A stretch of DNA of 64,000 nt from the IMG/VR virus record IMGVR_UViG_3300010430_000017, positions 18,545-82,544 of that record. One strand, 5' to 3'. Source of the DNA: a virus. Position numbers and translations under genes: made by a program. This document shows positions 60,639-64,000 of this stretch, piece after piece (the first letter of the stretch is position 1; each line of letters begins with the position of its first letter). The notes beneath the pieces are model-generated. The model was not told where the DNA came from. It searched no databases and saw nothing but the letters and a program-made list of their open reading frames with translations.

Positions 60639-61066
60639 CACGGCAGGAAGTTAAGAAGACCATACTTACTTATTTCATTCAGGAGTTTAATGAAACTACT
60701 CCTGTTCATATAACTAACCAAGGATTCTATAAATGCACCTCTCCTCTAACTCCCTCCGAGAAACCTTCCAATGAACCGTGGATTAGATTCATTGTGAAAA
60801 ATAACAACACCCAGCAGTGGACTTTAGGAAGGATTGGGTCCCGGAGGTGGGAGAGATATGGCTTCATCTCTTGTCAGGTTTTTATCCAGGAGAATACAGG
60901 GACTAACCAAGGGGATACTCTTTGTGAAGAGATTATTGGGATCTTTGAAGGAGAAAGACTTGGACAGATTTGCTTTAAAAAGGGTGTCTATGAAGAGATT
61001 GGCGCTAATGACGGTTGGTTCCAATTTAATATAATTATTGATTACCAGTTTGATGAGACTAAGTAA
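60635..61066 (+). CDS. tail terminator protein (DUF4128-like)
   Basis: PW.RF......Q.TLG......G....QVF....G. Confidence 0.7.
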   Translation: MTRQEVKKTILTYFIQEFNETTPVHITNQGFYKCTSPLTPSEKPSNEPWIRFIVKNNNTQQWTLGRIGSRRWERYGFISCQVFIQENTGTNQGDTLCEEIIGIFEGERLGQICFKKGVYEEIGANDGWFQFNIIIDYQFDETK

Positions 61067-61092
61067 TAACCACAACAGAAAGGAACAGAATT

Positions 61093-62619
61093 ATGGCAGT
61101 ATTCGCCGCAAATACTAATGAGACTATAATCAGTTATGCTATCGAGACAGCACCCGGTGAAGTAGACGCCGGGGCAACATGGACTGTAACAGAACCCAAT
61201 GATATTGGAGATTTCGCTTCTAACATTTCTACTGTAGCAAGAGATCCGATTTCCAATGACCGCGCCCCACGTAAAGGGGCTATCACTGATCTTGATGCGA
61301 CTGTATCTTTTGATAGTGATTTAACTGTAGCAAGCTTCAGGGATTTCTTTGATGGCTTTGCTTTTGCTGTATGGAAGGAACAGAATAAAGCTGAACCCAC
61401 TGCTGTAGCTACCGCAGATGACTCTTATACTCATGCTACAATTACTACTGCATTGACTGCTGGTACACTGATTTTTGCAAGAGATTTCTCTCTCTCCGCA
61501 AATAACGGTGTAAAAAGAGTTGCTGCTGCGAGTACTACTTTAAAAACTCTTGTAGAAGAGAACCTTTCTGATGAAACTCCTCCTACGGGTGCAAGGTTCA
61601 ATGTAGCAGGTTTCCAGGGAGCTTCTGGAGATATTCAGGTGGATACTGAAGGTAATTTAATCTCAGGTGGGACTTATGATTTCACTGATGATATTACTGA
61701 CGGTAGACCCACATTTTACGTTGGGCAGTACATCTATGTTGGTGATAGTACTAATGCAGCATATTCCTTCGCTACTGCTGGTTTTAGTGGCTTCGCAAGG
61801 ATCACCGCCATTGCAGCTGCTAAATTGACTCTTGATAATTATTCGGATGAGTGGACTGATGCTATTGGTTCTGCTGACACAGGTACGGGTAAAACTATCA
61901 GAGTCTACACAGGAGATTGGATCAGAACAGTTGAAGTCTCTAATGCTGATTTTCTGAATAGAACTTATCAGTTTGAAGCTGAGTATAATAACCTTTCTGA
62001 CCCCACGACCGGTAATCCTGTGGATGGTTGGGAATATATTAATGGTTGTAGCCCCAATCAGGTGACTCTTAACACAGCACTTACTGATAAAGCAACTGTG
62101 AATTGGGGTTTTATTGGTCTTGATAGTGAAGCAATGGTCTATACTGCTAAAACTAAAGGCGGCTATAAAGAGCCTACTGATACTGATGCGTATAATACTA
62201 CAAATGACTTCGCAAGGATCTACCTGAAGGATCTCGATAATAATGATGTTGGTGTCTATTTCAAGAACATGGACTTGACTATCAACAATAATATCACACC
62301 CGAGAAGATTCTTGGGCAGCTTGGTTCAGTTGTTAACTCAGTGGGCACTCTTAATGTATCAGCAAGTACTGAAGCTCTTTTCACTTCCGGTAGGATTACT
62401 GATATTGTACGAGCTAACACCACAGTTAAAATGAACTGGGTTTTGGATAATGATGATGGTGCTTTGTGCTTCGACCTTCCCGCTATCACTCTCGGGAGTG
62501 CTAATAAATCTTTCCCGAGGAATGAGACTATCAAAGTAACTCTGGATATTGAGGCTTTCAAGGACAACGCACTTGATTATGTTTTTAGTGTAACAGACTT
62601 CCCTCACCTTCCTGAATAA
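61093..62619 (+). CDS. major tail tube protein
   Basis: E..PG, R.PI...R...KG.ITDLD, ..DLP.ITLG.....P.NE; 508 aa with inserted beta domains. Confidence 0.8.
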   Translation: MAVFAANTNETIISYAIETAPGEVDAGATWTVTEPNDIGDFASNISTVARDPISNDRAPRKGAITDLDATVSFDSDLTVASFRDFFDGFAFAVWKEQNKAEPTAVATADDSYTHATITTALTAGTLIFARDFSLSANNGVKRVAAASTTLKTLVEENLSDETPPTGARFNVAGFQGASGDIQVDTEGNLISGGTYDFTDDITDGRPTFYVGQYIYVGDSTNAAYSFATAGFSGFARITAIAAAKLTLDNYSDEWTDAIGSADTGTGKTIRVYTGDWIRTVEVSNADFLNRTYQFEAEYNNLSDPTTGNPVDGWEYINGCSPNQVTLNTALTDKATVNWGFIGLDSEAMVYTAKTKGGYKEPTDTDAYNTTNDFARIYLKDLDNNDVGVYFKNMDLTINNNITPEKILGQLGSVVNSVGTLNVSASTEALFTSGRITDIVRANTTVKMNWVLDNDDGALCFDLPAITLGSANKSFPRNETIKVTLDIEAFKDNALDYVFSVTDFPHLPE

Positions 62620-62629
62620 TAACTAATAC

Positions 62630-62694
62630 CTGAGAGGATAGGAGCGTATACCTCCGAAAAGAGTTTATCCCTTGGACTCTTTCCTCTCAGTTTT
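62630..62694 (+). ncRNA. three-way-junction RNA element / terminator
   Basis: CTGAGAGGA/TCCTCTCAG closing stem with inner hairpins GGAG/CTCC and AGAGT/ACTCT joined by GAAA; T run follows. Confidence 0.5.
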
Positions 62695-62732
62695 ACAAGG
62701 GCAAATTAAATAAAATAAATCAAGGAGAATTT

Positions 62733-62957
62733 ATGAAAATCAGAGTTGACGGGTTAGCCCCTTCCGACATCCGAGTTTTAACAGATGAAGACGAAGACAT
62801 CACAGAAGCCCTTTCAATTAAGAAGATCACTATGGATCTTGAATGTGGAAAAGAGAACACTGTGTGGCTGGAATGCTATCTCACAAAAGCGGAAATCACT
62901 AAGGCCATAACTTTGTTGAAATCAGGTAAAAACTTAGAAGAAATTAAAAACAGATAA
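62733..62957 (+). CDS. hypothetical protein (paralog family)
   Basis: AAGGAG RBS; resembles 37127..37339 and 31595..31891. Confidence 0.6.
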   Translation: MKIRVDGLAPSDIRVLTDEDEDITEALSIKKITMDLECGKENTVWLECYLTKAEITKAITLLKSGKNLEEIKNR

Positions 62958-62970
62958 TAAAGGGGTAACT

Positions 62971-63423
62971 ATGACTGATCTTTATGCAATGTACGAAACT
63001 AACAAAAAAGAAGAAGTGGGTGGTAAATGGATTACAGAAGGTCCCGCTAAAGTAAAAATGGCCCGTATGGGTGGGAAGAATACTCAGTACGGTAAGATCT
63101 TCGAGAAGCTTTCCAAGAAATACAATATTAATGTTGAAAGTCTTAAGGATGATGTGAATAGAGAGAAAGCTGAGGACTTGGCTCTTGAGGTTTTTGTTAA
63201 AGCTGTCATCAAGGACTGGAAAACACTGAATGAGGACGATGAATGGGTTGATGGTATTCTTGTGAGAGATTCAAAAGGTAAAAAGACCATTGAACCTTAT
63301 TCTCACAGACATGCTATTAAACTCCTGAAAGCTATCCCTGATTACTATTCAAAACTTACTGATCATGCAGGAAAGATGCAAACATTCTTGCTTAAACAAG
63401 AGGAAGAAGACGTAAAAAACTAA
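62971..63423 (+). CDS. tail assembly chaperone (G-like)
   Basis: LY..YETN...E..G.W, .ARMGG.N..Y; ends at a slippery site. Confidence 0.8.
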   Translation: MTDLYAMYETNKKEEVGGKWITEGPAKVKMARMGGKNTQYGKIFEKLSKKYNINVESLKDDVNREKAEDLALEVFVKAVIKDWKTLNEDDEWVDGILVRDSKGKKTIEPYSHRHAIKLLKAIPDYYSKLTDHAGKMQTFLLKQEEEDVKN

Positions 63424-63764
63424 CGGAAACCCTTGAGTCCGTAATTAGGAGAAAAAAGAATTCCTGGACTGAGCGAGCCGCCAAGAAGATGAAAGGTAAG
63501 CTCACCCAGGAACTTAAAGACGGACTCAAAGAGGTTAAATTAAGAAATGATCTTAGGTTCTCATGGGAATCCTTCTGGGAACTGAGTACCACAAGACATG
63601 AGCTTTTCCCCATTCCCTGGACTGCTATTAATGAGTATGCCAAAAGATGGGGAATAAATACACCAGAAGAATTTGATAGTTTTAATTTCTACATGAGATC
63701 CATGGATAATAAATTCATTGATGTCAAGAGTAAGCAATTAGAGAAACAACGAAAGAATAAGTAA
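63414..63764 (+). CDS. tail assembly chaperone -1 frameshift extension (GT-like)
   Basis: A AAA AAC slippery heptamer 63414-63420; the -1 frame is open through FWELSTTR..PIPW.AI..YA to 63764. Confidence 0.8.
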   Translation, partial: KKLTETLESVIRRKKNSWTERAAKKMKGKLTQELKDGLKEVKLRNDLRFSWESFWELSTTRHELFPIPWTAINEYAKRWGINTPEEFDSFNFYMRSMDNKFIDVKSKQLEKQRKNK

Positions 63765-63783
63765 CTAAAGCAAAGGAATATAG

Positions 63784-64000
63784 ATGGCTGATCTTCGTAT
63801 AAATCTTGATGTCAGTGGAGTGAAATCCGGTGTAAAAGCTTTAGAAAATGCTTTCAAGAATGTTGATACTGCTTCTAATAAAATAGTAAATAGTGTCACA
63901 ACCCTTGAGAAAAATATCAATATGCTCAGAGAGAGTTTTGAATCCTTTGGAAAACCTCAAAGCTCTCCGAGTAAACCTCTTAAAGATACAGAACAAGCAG
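63784..64000 (+). CDS. tape measure protein (5' part)
   Basis: AAAGGA RBS; MADLRINLDVSGVKSGVKALE..., open to the window end; follows the chaperones. Confidence 0.8.
   Translation, partial: MADLRINLDVSGVKSGVKALENAFKNVDTASNKIVNSVTTLEKNINMLRESFESFGKPQSSPSKPLKDTEQA

Noticed and set aside
62630-62690. Hammerhead ribozyme
   Set aside because: CTGA is paired in the closing stem and the CUGANGA core is not matched.
418-63643. Numerous short antisense or overlapping ORFs in the track (e.g. 418..678, 34043..34513, 56369..56926)
   Set aside because: Shadow ORFs of well-supported genes, with no RBS or recognisable motifs.
1-64000. Genome-wide stop codon reassignment (code 4/25/15)
   Set aside because: Genes are full length in code 11, and TGA ends polA (GKTH*) and the SSB-like gene (DDIPF*) at their natural C-termini.

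Overview
AT-rich segment of a large tailed dsDNA phage, probably a lytic siphovirus; no integrase or repressor is seen. Layout: (1) 1-15.2 kb, + strand, replication/middle genes: family A DNA polymerase (5'-truncated), primase-helicase, SSB-like protein, RlmN-like radical SAM enzyme, DenV-like glycosylase and HNH nucleases. (2) 15.2-25.1 kb, + strand, early-type small genes behind strong sigma70 promoters, bordered and split by four non-coding blocks. (3) 25.4-43.2 kb, - strand, nucleotide metabolism and accessory genes: second radical SAM, C5 methyltransferase, HslV-like protease, dUTPase, class II RNR, ThyX-like protein, phosphoesterase and non-coding RNAs. (4) 43.4-64 kb, + strand, late genes: three signal-peptide proteins, terminase, portal, protease, capsid, head-tail proteins, tail tube, frameshifted tail chaperones and the start of the tape measure gene. 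Most striking observations: the non-coding blocks carry seven sigma54 (-24/-12) consensus sites, a perfect Fur box, an NrdR-like box and a dense palindrome array (possible host-regulator decoy DNA); the terminase large subunit and one other ORF have an in-frame UGA-C; a promoter-driven tRNA-shaped RNA has a 73-nt structured insert in place of the anticodon loop; and there is a Walker-A-dead terminase paralog. All protein calls come from motif recognition by eye; no database searches were run.
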